Assembly (NCBI RefSeq): GCF_032444005.1
Contig: NC_091285.1
Coordinates: forward strand, 398,226,001 to 398,290,000
Origin: Ranitomeya imitator
Taxonomy: Eukaryota
DNA: 64,000 bases
Direction: 5' to 3'
Shown: one piece after another, positions 37,935 to 47,687 of the stretch
Position numbering within the stretch: the stretch's first letter is position 1
Layout: every line of letters starts with the position of its first letter
Notes under the pieces: model-generated
Told to the model about the DNA's origin: nothing
The model's database searches: none
What the model saw: the letters and a program-made list of their open reading frames with translations, nothing else
Translations under genes and position numbers: made by a program

Positions 37935-40034
37935 TCAGGGTGGGATTACCGCTTGGAGAACCTTTCTCCCAAATGCAGTATGCTGACCAGACAAAACATC
38001 AAGTTTATAGTGTTTGCAAAAGGTATTGGCACTAGCCCATGTCGCGGCCTTACAAATCTGTTCTAGAGAGGCGCCTGCCCTCTCTGCCCAAGAAGTAGCT
38101 ATCCCTCTAGTCGAATGTACATGGAGACCCTCCGGAGGAGAGAGCCCTTCAGATTGGTAGGCCTCAGAGATTACCGATGTGATCCACCGTGCAATAGAGG
38201 CCTTAGAGGCCTTTTTACCCCTATTCTTGCCCCCATACAAAATGAATAGGTTTGGGTCAATGCGCCAAGCGTTGGTGGCTGCCAGGTAGTCTAGAACTGC
38301 CTGCCTGACATCCAGCGAATGAAGGGCCTTTTCTTTAGCATTAGTAGGGTTATTGCAGAAAGATGGTAACACGATCTCTTGATTTCTATTTTTAGTTGTT
38401 CCTACTTTTGGAATAAAAGAGGGGTCGAGTTTAAGAATTATACAATCCTCTCTAATTTGGAGGTATGGGTCCCTAGTACACAGGGCCTGAATTTCCCCCA
38501 CCCTTTTAGCCGTAGTCACTGCCACAAGAAATGCCGTTCTACGTGTAAGAATGGAAATGGGCATATTATCCACTGACGCATAGAGGTCTTTGCAGAGAAA
38601 TCTGAGGACCAGGTTAAGGTCCCAAGAAGGTGACATATGTCTGATAGTGGGGCGCAACCTCTGGGTGGCTCTGATGAATCTAACTATCCACGGGTGTGAC
38701 GCTAGGGGATAGTCAAGGAAAGAACTAAGTGCCGAGCTCTGCACCTTTAATGTGCTTTGTTTAAGACCTTTGTCAAACCCAGCCTGTAAGAAATCTAAAA
38801 TTCTGGGTAAGTCGGGAGTGCCTGCCGAAACCTCAGACCTGCCACCCTCCAGACAGAACCGTCTCCAAATTTTCAAGTAAATTGCTGACGTAACAGGCTT
38901 CCTACTAGACTTCATAGTAGATATTACTTGGCTCGATAGACCCTTTGCCTTCAAGATGGACCCTTCAGGATCCATGCCGAGAGATGGAGCTTCTCTGGGT
39001 TTGGGTGGAATACCGGACCCTGGTGGATTACGTCCGCTCTGAGAGGGAGCTCTACTGGATTCTCGATTGCTAGCTCTAGTAGAAGGGAAAACCAACTCCT
39101 CCTTGGCCAGTATGGAACGATCAATATGACGAGAGCTCGATCCTCCTTGATCTTTCTGAGAACAGCCGGAACTAACGCCAGAGGGGGAAATGCATACGAG
39201 AGAGGTTCCGTCCAGTCCTGGCTCAGAGCGTCTATCCCTTCCGGAAGATCCCGCGGGTTCAGAGAGAAGAATTTTGAGACCTTTGAATTTCTCCTGCTTG
39301 CGAATAGGTCTATACAGGGGGTTCCCCAGCGAAGACATAAGTCCTGGAAGACGTCCTGGTTGAGTTCCCACTCTGTTGCAGACACCTTTCTTCTGCTGAG
39401 ATAGTCTGCTATAACATTCTGGGAGCCCTCCAGGTGGACTGCTGAGATAGAAAGGACCGATCTTTCTGCCCAACGAAATATCTTCTCTGTCAGTTCCTGA
39501 AGCGCATGGTGTTTCGCACCTCCTTGATGTTTCAGGAAAGAGACTGTTGTTACATTGTCGGACATTATCCTGACATGACGATTCTCCAGGATGTGTCGGT
39601 TCCTTCTCAAGGCTTCCCAGACCGCGTATAGTTCCTTGAAGTTGAAGGAGCTGTGGATGACGTCTTCCGGCCATCTCCCCTGAAGGATCCTGTCTTCTAG
39701 GTGAGCTCCCCAGCCCCAAGCGCTGGCGTCTGTAGTAACTACTACGTAGGGATCTGCGGACCATAACACTCCTTTTCTTAACTTCTCTGGCTCTGTCCAC
39801 CAGAGGAGAGACCTTCTTACACGATGTGATAGTTCTAAAGTACTGTCCAGAGAAGACAGACTCCTGTCCCATCTGGAAAGAATTAATTTCTGCAGTGGTC
39901 TTGAATGGAACTGAGCCCATCTTACGCACGGAATACAGGCCGTCATTAGGCCGAGGACTCGCATGGCCGTCCTTGTTGTCACCCTGTGCTCCAGCAGGAG
40001 CCGAATCTGAGACTGTATTGCAATCAGCTTGCAC
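37935..40034 (-). CDS. DIRS-A tyrosine recombinase ORF
   Basis: Catalytic pattern AKRVGEI (R), HSTR (HxxR), ATW and FCKHY. Overlaps the RT ORF. The true start is uncertain. Confidence 0.88.
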   Translation of the reverse strand: MQADCNTVSDSAPAGAQGDNKDGHASPRPNDGLYSVRKMGSVPFKTTAEINSFQMGQESVFSGQYFRTITSCKKVSPLVDRAREVKKRSVMVRRSLRSSYYRRQRLGLGSSPRRQDPSGEMAGRRHPQLLQLQGTIRGLGSLEKEPTHPGESSCQDNVRQCNNSLFPETSRRCETPCASGTDREDISLGRKIGPFYLSSPPGGLPECYSRLSQQKKGVCNRVGTQPGRLPGLMSSLGNPLYRPIRKQEKFKGLKILLSEPAGSSGRDRRSEPGLDGTSLVCISPSGVSSGCSQKDQGGSSSRHIDRSILAKEELVFPSTRASNRESSRAPSQSGRNPPGSGIPPKPREAPSLGMDPEGSILKAKGLSSQVISTMKSSRKPVTSAIYLKIWRRFCLEGGRSEVSAGTPDLPRILDFLQAGFDKGLKQSTLKVQSSALSSFLDYPLASHPWIVRFIRATQRLRPTIRHMSPSWDLNLVLRFLCKDLYASVDNMPISILTRRTAFLVAVTTAKRVGEIQALCTRDPYLQIREDCIILKLDPSFIPKVGTTKNRNQEIVLPSFCNNPTNAKEKALHSLDVRQAVLDYLAATNAWRIDPNLFILYGGKNRGKKASKASIARWITSVISEAYQSEGLSPPEGLHVHSTRGIATSWAERAGASLEQICKAATWASANTFCKHYKLDVLSGQHTAFGRKVLQAVIPP

Positions 40035-41116
40035 TCAGGTAAGAGGGATATTCTGTTCATTGAATCCAGACATACTCCCAGAAACGTCTTCCTGCACTCT
40101 GGAGTTAAATCGGATTTCCGCCAATTTATGACCCAACCAAGTTCTTCCATCACCGAAATAGTTCGGTTCCTGTGGTCTGATAGAATGTCTGGCGTTCTTG
40201 CCACCAGGAGAAAGTCGTCGAGATAAGGGATTATTCTGATTCCCTGATTTCTTAGGAAAGCAACAATCTCCGACACCAGCTTTGTGAAGATACGAGGTGC
40301 TGAGGCAAGACCAAATGGAAGGCACTGAAACTGGAAGTGACAGGTCCCGGACGGCAGAACTACCGCAAACCTCAGAAGCCTCTGAAAAGAAGGGTGGACG
40401 GGAACCTGATAATAGGCACTCTTTAGATCTAGAGTGCACATCACAGCATTCTGATCTATTAGGAGTATTGCCGAACGGATGGATTCCATACGAAACCTCT
40501 TGTACCTGACCCAGGCATTCAGAGGTTTCAGATTTATTATAGTGCGAGATTCGCCGGACGGTTTCATTATGGAAAAAAGGGAGGAGTAATGCCCCAGGCC
40601 TATTTCCAGAGATGGTACCGGAATTATGACCTCTGAGGAGAGCATCTCCATTAGGTCTATCAACATGGTAGAGTCTCGCGATACTACCGTAGGACTGATG
40701 AATCTGTCTGGTGGGGGGGGGGAGTAGAGCTCGATATTGTAGCCTTCTGAGATGGTCCGAAGGACCCACTGATTTTGGGTGATCCGGGCCCAATTGTGCG
40801 AAAATTGGCGGAGCCGACCCCCTATAAGACTGGCGTCATTGCGATTTAGATTTTGAGGAAGGGCTGAAGAAGAAACCTCTGTTTCTATAGCCCTGGCTAC
40901 GGGAGCCCCTATAAGATCCTCTATTGGATCTGCCTCCTCTAAACTCAGACTGCCTTCTGAAGGGGAATCCTCTCCGAAAGGACTGGGGCTTCTTAGATTT
41001 CTCCTCTGGAAACCCCTTCTTTTTGTCGGAGGCTGACTCCAGAATAGTATCCAGAGAGGGTCCAAAAACCCTTTCACCTGAGAAGGGAATTGAACATAAT
41101 TTAGATTTAGAAGCAT
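38951..41116 (-). CDS. DIRS-A RT/RNaseH/methyltransferase-like ORF
   Basis: 721 open codons with LDLKSAYYQV, LPFGLASAP, YLDD, TDAS..E..SDN..ADYLSR and IDLFAS...YAFPP. The true start is uncertain. Confidence 0.92.
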   Translation of the reverse strand: MLLNLNYVQFPSQVKGFLDPLWILFWSQPPTKRRGFQRRNLRSPSPFGEDSPSEGSLSLEEADPIEDLIGAPVARAIETEVSSSALPQNLNRNDASLIGGRLRQFSHNWARITQNQWVLRTISEGYNIELYSPPPPDRFISPTVVSRDSTMLIDLMEMLSSEVIIPVPSLEIGLGHYSSLFSIMKPSGESRTIINLKPLNAWVRYKRFRMESIRSAILLIDQNAVMCTLDLKSAYYQVPVHPSFQRLLRFAVVLPSGTCHFQFQCLPFGLASAPRIFTKLVSEIVAFLRNQGIRIIPYLDDFLLVARTPDILSDHRNRTISVMEELGWVINWRKSDLTPECRKTFLGVCLDSMNRISLLPECKLIAIQSQIRLLLEHRVTTRTAMRVLGLMTACIPCVRWAQFHSRPLQKLILSRWDRSLSSLDSTLELSHRVRRSLLWWTEPEKLRKGVLWSADPYVVVTTDASAWGWGAHLEDRILQGRWPEDVIHSSFNFKELYAVWEALRRNRHILENRHVRIMSDNVTTVSFLKHQGGAKHHALQELTEKIFRWAERSVLSISAVHLEGSQNVIADYLSRRKVSATEWELNQDVFQDLCLRWGTPCIDLFASRRNSKVSKFFSLNPRDLPEGIDALSQDWTEPLSYAFPPLALVPAVLRKIKEDRALVILIVPYWPRRSWFSLLLELAIENPVELPLRADVIHQGPVFHPNPEKLHLSAWILKGPS

Positions 41117-42265
41117 TATCCCCTGACCAGGAACTTAGCCAGACCGCCCTCCTAGCCGCGTTAGATAAGGAACTGCATCTGGCCGAAAATCTGACTGACT
41201 CAGCAGTCATATCAGACAGATAAGCCGTGGCAGATTTCATTATAGGAAGAGAATTTATGATTTCGGATCTCGGGGTCTTATTGGATAGGTGCTCCTCCAA
41301 TTGACCCATCCATAGGTACATAGACCGAGCTACCGAAGTAGCAGCTATATTTGTTTTTATTAGAGCCGCAGAAGATTCCCAGGCTCTTTTTAACAATATG
41401 TCAGCCTTCCTATCCATAGGATCACGCAGGTTTGATGAGTCCTCAAAAGGTATGGCCGTTTTCTTAGCCACCTTTGCCACAGGAACGTCTATTTTGGGAA
41501 CTTCGTCCCATAATTTTATGTCTTCAGGCTCATAAGGTAGACGAGCTTTAAAGTCCTTGGATAACACCAGCCGGCGTTCTGCCTCTTTCCATTCTTCCAG
41601 AATCATGGCCTTAATGTGCTCGCTAACCGGAAAAACTGTCTGCTGACGTGACATAAGTCCCCCAAACATCAAGTCCTGCCTGGTTTGTGGTTTAGATGTC
41701 TCCTCTATTTGCATAGTGCATCGCACCGCCTGCACCAGACCATTTGTGTCTTCTGCCTGGAAGAGGTATTTTCTTTGATAATCTTGGCTTCCTGACGGAG
41801 GCTCTCCCTCTTCCTCTGAGACAAAGTCCTCTGAGTTAGACTTGTCCTCAGAAGTAACCTCCTGTTCTCTTAAATCCTGCTCCCGTCTGGCCCGCTTACG
41901 GCTGGGGATAGGACTGGATTTCTGCACCATGGTGGACAAAGAAGCTTGTACTTCTTTGCGTATAAGGGATCTCATTTCAGCCAGCAGTGTGGGTTGCTCG
42001 TCCCTTATGACCTTAGCTGTGCAGTCCCCACATAAGGTTTTCCCATGGGAGTCCGGGAGCTTCATATTACAAAGGGGACATCTAAAGGATTTCCCAGATG
42101 CCTTGCCGGATTTCTTAATCTGAACAGGAGGACCCGCGGGGTTTCCCTTATCCTTAAATGACATAAGAAGGGATAAGCACTGGGGTGAGCCTGCTTCTGC
42201 ATATAGATAGGGGAACTTGCACCATGCGCACTTACCCCCTCCTCGGTTGGAGTGCTTGCTTCCAT
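40836..42265 (-). CDS. DIRS-A gag-like ORF1 (candidate spliced start at 42265)
   Basis: CPLC...LCGDC zinc motif and DPMDRKAD..LKRAWES segment typical of DIRS1 ORF1. Candidate intron at 42153-42235. Confidence 0.75.
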
Positions 42266-43979
42266 GATGAGGGTAGCAGGTCCCCGCAGCTCTCAGCGCC
42301 AGATCAGGAGCGCTTCTGCCGCTGTGCGATTCACTGCACGCTTTTCCCCGCACATACAGCGTTACCGGAAGTAGCGGTAACGAAATGCCGACGGACCGGA
42401 AGTGACGCGTTCTGACAACTTCCTGCCTGGAGACGCCGTTCTGGATACCACGCTGTCCAGGATGGCCGCACACCGCGTGGATAGCGTCCGCAGCCGAGAG
42501 CCTCCCACCGGGAGGAGCGGCTGCCACCAGGAGCCTCGTCCCACTCCTGGTCTTTGGCGCAGAGGGACCCCCCACCGGAGGGTTTCTGCCCTGAGCCTCT
42601 TGACAGGGGGAAGGGTATTGGCAAGCCGCACGATCCCCCTGAGCTCCGGTAAGTCCTGCGCAGCTTCTCACTCGTGCGTCCCTTCCTTGGAGGGACAAGA
42701 AAAACACTGAGGACTGTGGGTGGGACTTGACCTTTTAAACTCGTGTGTTTCCTGTCCCAGCAAGGGGAGGAGGACGTCCTCCAGGGTGCTGTCAGGAGGA
42801 CGTCCTGGAAAACCAATATAGCAAGCTGGACAGAAAATATAACAAACAAAAGTAACACAAGCAGAACTTCGCTTATGCAGGGCAGACAGGCCACAAGAAC
42901 GATCCAGGAGAGAGCCAGACCAATACCGGAACATTGACTGGAGGCCAGGAACAAAGAACTAGGTGGCGTTAAATAGAGAAGCACATAACGACTTAACCTC
43001 GTCACCTGAGGAAGGAAACTCAGAAGCCGCAGCCCCACTCACATCCACCAGCGGAAGCTCATAGACAGAACCAGCCGAAGTACCACTCATGACCATAGGA
43101 GGGAGCTTGACCACAGAATTCACAACACATTGGGGGCTTATCTACAGCATTACACAATGCTGTAGATAAGCCCCTGATGACGGTGAGCTTACCTCGCCAT
43201 CAATTTTGGGGGTGACCGGTTCCCTTTAACATTTTGATTCATCAGTTCAGAGAACTTGATGCCATTTTTCTGAGCCTCGGTTCCTATATTTTCAGGCATA
43301 GTTGAGTCACTTGGCCTTGCGTCTTCATTAAAGGTATGGCTTCATAGGCAGCAATTGTGCTTTGAACTTCACTTCTGGACAGATTTATTTTAACAGTAGA
43401 TTCATGTAACCAAGTCTCACAGGTTGTGAGAAGATCTGAAAATCTTCAGATTTCTAATGGTAGTAAGCATGATGTGTCTTATAAATACTGCACTGTTTCC
43501 TTGGCAGACCACTGTGCCTATGGTCCTCTACAATGCAATTTTCTTTCTGCTTCTTCAAAGGAGCTTGAACAGCACATCCTGAAATGCCAGTCCGTTTTGA
43601 AACCTTTAAATAAAGTCTGAATGAAATGAAGAGTGGATCCAGTGAGACTAAGTGAGTACTTTAGCATTAAAATGTTGCTCAAAAGGTTAATAAACAACCT
43701 AAGACACGTATGAAGGTAAAGTCCAAGCAAAGTGTTTCAAAGTCAGACTGGCGTCTTCATCAGGCATAATGAAACCTAGTCACTGGTTACAATACATATT
43801 CTTTGAAAGTTTGCTGATACAGAATAACTACTGTGTCTTGTTGCTGTGCTCAGCTTTGACATGGTTTTGAACCTGCGACAAGAAACCATCTTACTTTTGA
43901 TGGGCCCTGGTGGTTTCTCACCAGTTTTAAGCCTCATATACAGCAGTTTTGATTTCAGCTAATGACTGTCTCAACCCAA

Positions 43980-44582
43980 CATATTTTGTGGATTATAAGA
44001 TGCACCCCAAATTTTGAGGAGAAGAATAGGAAAAAAAAACCCAAAAAAAAACAACTTTTTTTTTTAATAAAACGGTGGTGCTTTTTATAATCCACGCATC
44101 TTCTTACTTACCGGGGGTGATGGTTGTGGTCAAGTGGGGTCCCAAAGTCGCTACTGGAGGAGGCAAGAGTGAAGTGTTGCTGCAGGCTGGGATGAGGGGG
44201 GTGTTCCAATGTCTGCCGCTGCCGGTGTTCTGCCGACATTTTGTGAATGCCCAGAGCCCCAGCACTTACATGGATTACTATGCAGTGGACTCCGAGAAAA
44301 TGGTGGCTGCCGGGGGCGGCGCATGCACAGATGGAGATCTCAGCATCAAGATCTCAGGAGATTGAGATCTCAGCACTGAGCCTCCGCACCACCGAACACC
44401 TGCAGCGGCGCACATCGGAACACCCCATCATCCCCAGCCTGCAGCAATGCTCCAATCTTGCCTCCTCCAGCAGCGACCCTGCACCAACTCGGCCGGTAAG
44501 GTATATCCGCATTATAAGACACACCATTTTCCCCAAAAGTTTGGGGGAAAAAAAGTACATCTTATAATTTGAAAAAATACGG
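43980..44582. mobile_element. pogo/Tigger-like MITE
   Basis: Decayed ends: atattttgtggattataagatgcac, and cttataatttgaaaaaatacgg|ta. Confidence 0.55.
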
Positions 44583-45042
44583 TACATATGAAAATGACCT
44601 TAACACCTGCTTGGTATAACTGGTTACTCCTATACCCAACTATAGTCCTACAAAATGCCCGATTAAGTGCAAGCATAACTAGAAGAATTGATGCTAAATT
44701 GAAGACAATGGATAGTCACACCAAATGCTGATTTACACGTACTCTCTAATCATTCACTTTGAATTTTGCTAATTGATGTGAATAAAATCAAAAACAGATT
44801 TTTTATTTTTTTTAGCATTCTTACTTTTAGCCACTGCTGCCTAAAACGTTTACACTGTTCTGTGTGTAAACTGGACACTTGACATATCAGGTTAATGATT
44901 CTATGGGTTCACCTCACTTCTACATGAAGCGTTTACCCCACAAAAGGTGGAAAAATAGAAATCCAAACAAAGAAAGATAATAGTCTCTGTCATTACATTC
45001 AGAAATGGAGTTGATGTGATACAGGGGAGGTGCCTACTGTAC

Positions 45043-45201
45043 CTCGGAAGCCTCTTTCGATCCTGCTACGCGGATACAGACCTCTGTGCACATCATGCCT
45101 GGTTTTCCATTGGTTGAAAGGCTGAGTGAGGGAGCATATACTTTCTGTGCTCTGTGCCAGCACCTGACAATCCCCTTCTGTAAGATGCTTCCGTCTTTTC
45201 A
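45043..45201 (-). CDS. FBH1: FBH1 first visible coding exon (N-terminus, (M)KRRKHLTEGDCQVLA...GLYPRSRIERGFR)
   Basis: Translation resembles the vertebrate FBH1 N-terminus as recalled (RKHL..DCQ.LA...LTQPF...HGLYP). Acceptor is tcttactcaacag|TG and donor is G|GTACAG. 159 bp, phase 1 at both ends. Confidence 0.88.
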
Positions 45202-45229
45202 CTGTTGAGTAAGAACATTTTAGAGTTAA

Positions 45230-45580
45230 GGCTGTGTGCACACGTTCAGGATTTTTCGCGTCTTTTCACTATAAAAAAACAATAAAAACGCTTAAAAAAA
45301 AACAAACAAACACATACATATGCATCCCATCATTTATAATGCATTCCACAATTTTTGTGCATATGTTGCGTTTTTTTTTCCGTGAAAAAAAAACGCATCG
45401 TGGTAAGAAACGCAGCATGTTCATTAATTTTGCGGATTTCCCACTATATTATTGCATTGGGAACCTCCGGAAAAAAACGCAAAAAATCCGCAAAAAAAAA
45501 ACGCATGCGGATTTCTTGCAGAAAATGTCCAGTTTTGCTCAGGAAAATTCTGCAAGAAATCCTGACGTGTGCACATAGCC
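45230..45580. mobile_element. Harbinger-type MITE 28 bp from the FBH1 acceptor
   Basis: GGCTGTGTGCACACGT...ACGTGTGCACATAGCC, flanked by TAA and TTA. Confidence 0.75.
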
Positions 45581-46194
45581 TTACCATATTTCTACAAGTC
45601 ACTTATCAATGTATAGGTAAACAGACTCGGATTCAAAGAACAGGATGCATGAAGAGATTATTCAACCTGGCTACTGTCAGCACTCTTGCTAGACAGAATT
45701 TTTTTTTACCTTTGGAAGAAATTCATCTTTCATTGAAAATTGTCTCTTCAGAGAGGAAGAGGACTAGAACTCTAGTGCCACCTATTGGAAGTAGCAATCC
45801 TAACAGTCAATATCGACCTTTTAACGAGCCTTGTCACATGACTTACGATAATAGCCAAATCAGAATCTCAATTTGCAGACACTGTTTCGGGGTACTGCCC
45901 CTCATCAGTGCAAAGTGGAGATCTGGTTTGGTTGATTGAGAGGCGTCTGACCGGAATCCAAGAGCAGAACAATATTGTATCATACAATTATTAGGTTCTG
46001 TAGAAGGACGTAGATCTGGGTATTTATTATGATGGAATATAGGCTGAACTAGATGGACAAATGTCTTTTTTCGGCCTTACTAACTATGTTACTATGTTAC
46101 TATGTTTCTCCTTGCGGAGAGTGACATGATAAGCATGTCGCGCCCAGAGGAGCATTGCTTGAATATATGAAAAAAAATATATATATAATTATAT

Positions 46195-47687
46195 ACTTAA
46201 AAAAGTGTGAAACAACTGAAATTGTGTCTTATATTCCATGTTCTTCAAAACAGCCACCTTTTACTTTGCTGACTGCTTTGCACACTCTTGGCATTCTCTT
46301 GATGAGCTTCAAGAGGTAGTCCCCAGGAATGTTCTTCCAACAATCTTGAAGGAGTTCCCAGAGATGCTTAGCACTTGTTGGCCCTTTTGCCTTCACTCTG
46401 CGGTCCAGCTCACCCCAAACCATCTCGATTGGGTTCAGGTCTGGTGACTGTGGAAGCCAGGTCATCTGGCGTAGCACCCCATCACTCTCCTTCTTGGTCA
46501 AATAGCCCTTATACAGCCTGGAGGTGTGTTTGGGGTCATTGTCCTGTTGAAAAATAAGTGATGGTCCAACTAAACGCAAACCGGATGGAACAGCATGCCA
46601 CTGCAAGATGCTGTGGTTGCCATGCTGGTTCAGTATGCCTTCAATTTTGAATAAATCCCCAACAGGGTCATCAGCAAAGCACCACCACACCATCACACAT
46701 CCTCCTCCATGCTTCACAGTGGGAACCAGGCATGTAGAGTCCATCCGTTCACCTTTTCTGCGTCACACAAAGACACGGTGGTTGGAACCAAAGATCTCAA
46801 ATTAGGACTCATCAGACCAAAGCACAGATTTCCACTGGTCTAATGTCCATTCCTTGTGTTCTTTAGCCCAAACAAGTCTCTTCTGCTTGTTGCCTGTCCT
46901 TAGCAGTGGTTTCCTAGCAGCTATTTTACCATGAAGGTCTGCTGCCAAAGTCTCCTCTTAACAGTTGTTGTAGAGATGAGTCTGCTGCTAGAACTCTGTG
47001 TGGCATTGACCTGGTCTCTAATCTGAGCTGCTGTTAACCTGCGATTTCTGAGGCTGGTGACTCAGATAAACTTCCTGAGAACTAATCCTGAGAAGCAGAG
47101 GTGACTCTTGGTCTTCCTTTCCCGGGACGGTCCTCATGTGAGCCAGTTTCTTTGTAGCGCTTGATGGTTTTTACAACTGCACTTGGGGACACATTCAAAG
47201 TTTTCCCAAATTTTCGGACTGATGACTGACCTTCATTTCTTAAAGTAATGATGACCACTCGTTTTTTCTTTACTTAGCAGCATTTTTCTTGCCATAATAC
47301 AAATTCTAACAGTCTATTCAGTAGGACTATCAGCTGTGTATACACCAGACTTCTGCTCAACCCAACTGATGGTCCCCAACCCCATTTATAAGGCAAGAAA
47401 TCCCACTTATTTACCCTGACAGGGCACACCTGTGAAGTGAAAACCATTCCCGGTGACTACCGCTTGAAGCTCATCAAGAGAATGCCAAGAGTGTGCAAAG
47501 CAGTCATCAAAGCAAAGGTGGCTACTTTGAAGAACCTAGAATATAAGACATATTTTCAGTTTCACACTTTTTTGTAAAGTATATAATTCCACATGTGTTA
47601 ATTCATAGTCTTAATGCCTTCAGTGTGAATGTACAATTTTCATAGTCATGAAAATACAGAGAAATCTTTAAATGAGAAGGTGTGTCC
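46195..47687 (-). mobile_element. Tc1 element, degenerate, ends truncated
   Basis: TVKHGGGCVMVW, FQQDNDPKH and PQSPDLNPIE motifs. The N-terminal part is frameshifted. Confidence 0.85.

Larger units (their letters stand above)
36889..42812 (-). mobile_element. DIRS1-type tyrosine-recombinase retrotransposon (DIRS-A), apparently full length
   Basis: Starts TTTTCCAGGACGTCC and ends GCTTAATACCTA before a T run. It has inverted terminal repeats, an ICR and three long ORFs, and it interrupts a Gypsy LTR precisely. Confidence 0.95.
33841..43127 (-). mobile_element. Internally deleted chromodomain Ty3/Gypsy LTR element
   Basis: TG...CA LTRs of 813 bp: 33841-34653, and 36390-36888 plus 42813-43127. 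Purine tract next to 34654. RNaseH tail (KWAFEEWRHW), integrase (SDRGSQF, HPQTNGQTER, GPY) and chromodomain are present; gag, protease and RT are absent. CATTGG is duplicated at the flanks. Confidence 0.93.
33318..43225. mobile_element. T2/Kolobok-type MITE (~615 bp) split by a Gypsy element
   Basis: TTAA|AGGGAACCCGTCACCCCCAAAAT...ATTTTGGGGGTGACCGGTTCCCT|TTAA. The palindrome is restored when 33841-43133 is removed. Confidence 0.88.
28147..44862 (-). mobile_element. Old Tc1 relic fragmented by nested insertions
   Basis: Decayed TIRs at 28147 (cactactatgcagaagcttcaggc) and 44862 (gcctaaaacgtttacactgttctg). Collinear transposase pieces at about 43230-43960, 33164-33313 and 29720-30103. Confidence 0.75.

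Noticed and set aside
40836-42707. 623-aa gag starting at 42707 as given by the ORF track
   Set aside because: The start is a non-ATG codon within the ITR or GC-rich leader. The first ~180 codons look like open leader sequence rather than protein.
43426-43620. Plus-strand ORF resembling a zinc finger (CNF...HILKC)
   Set aside because: It is the antisense of the old Tc1 transposase relic.
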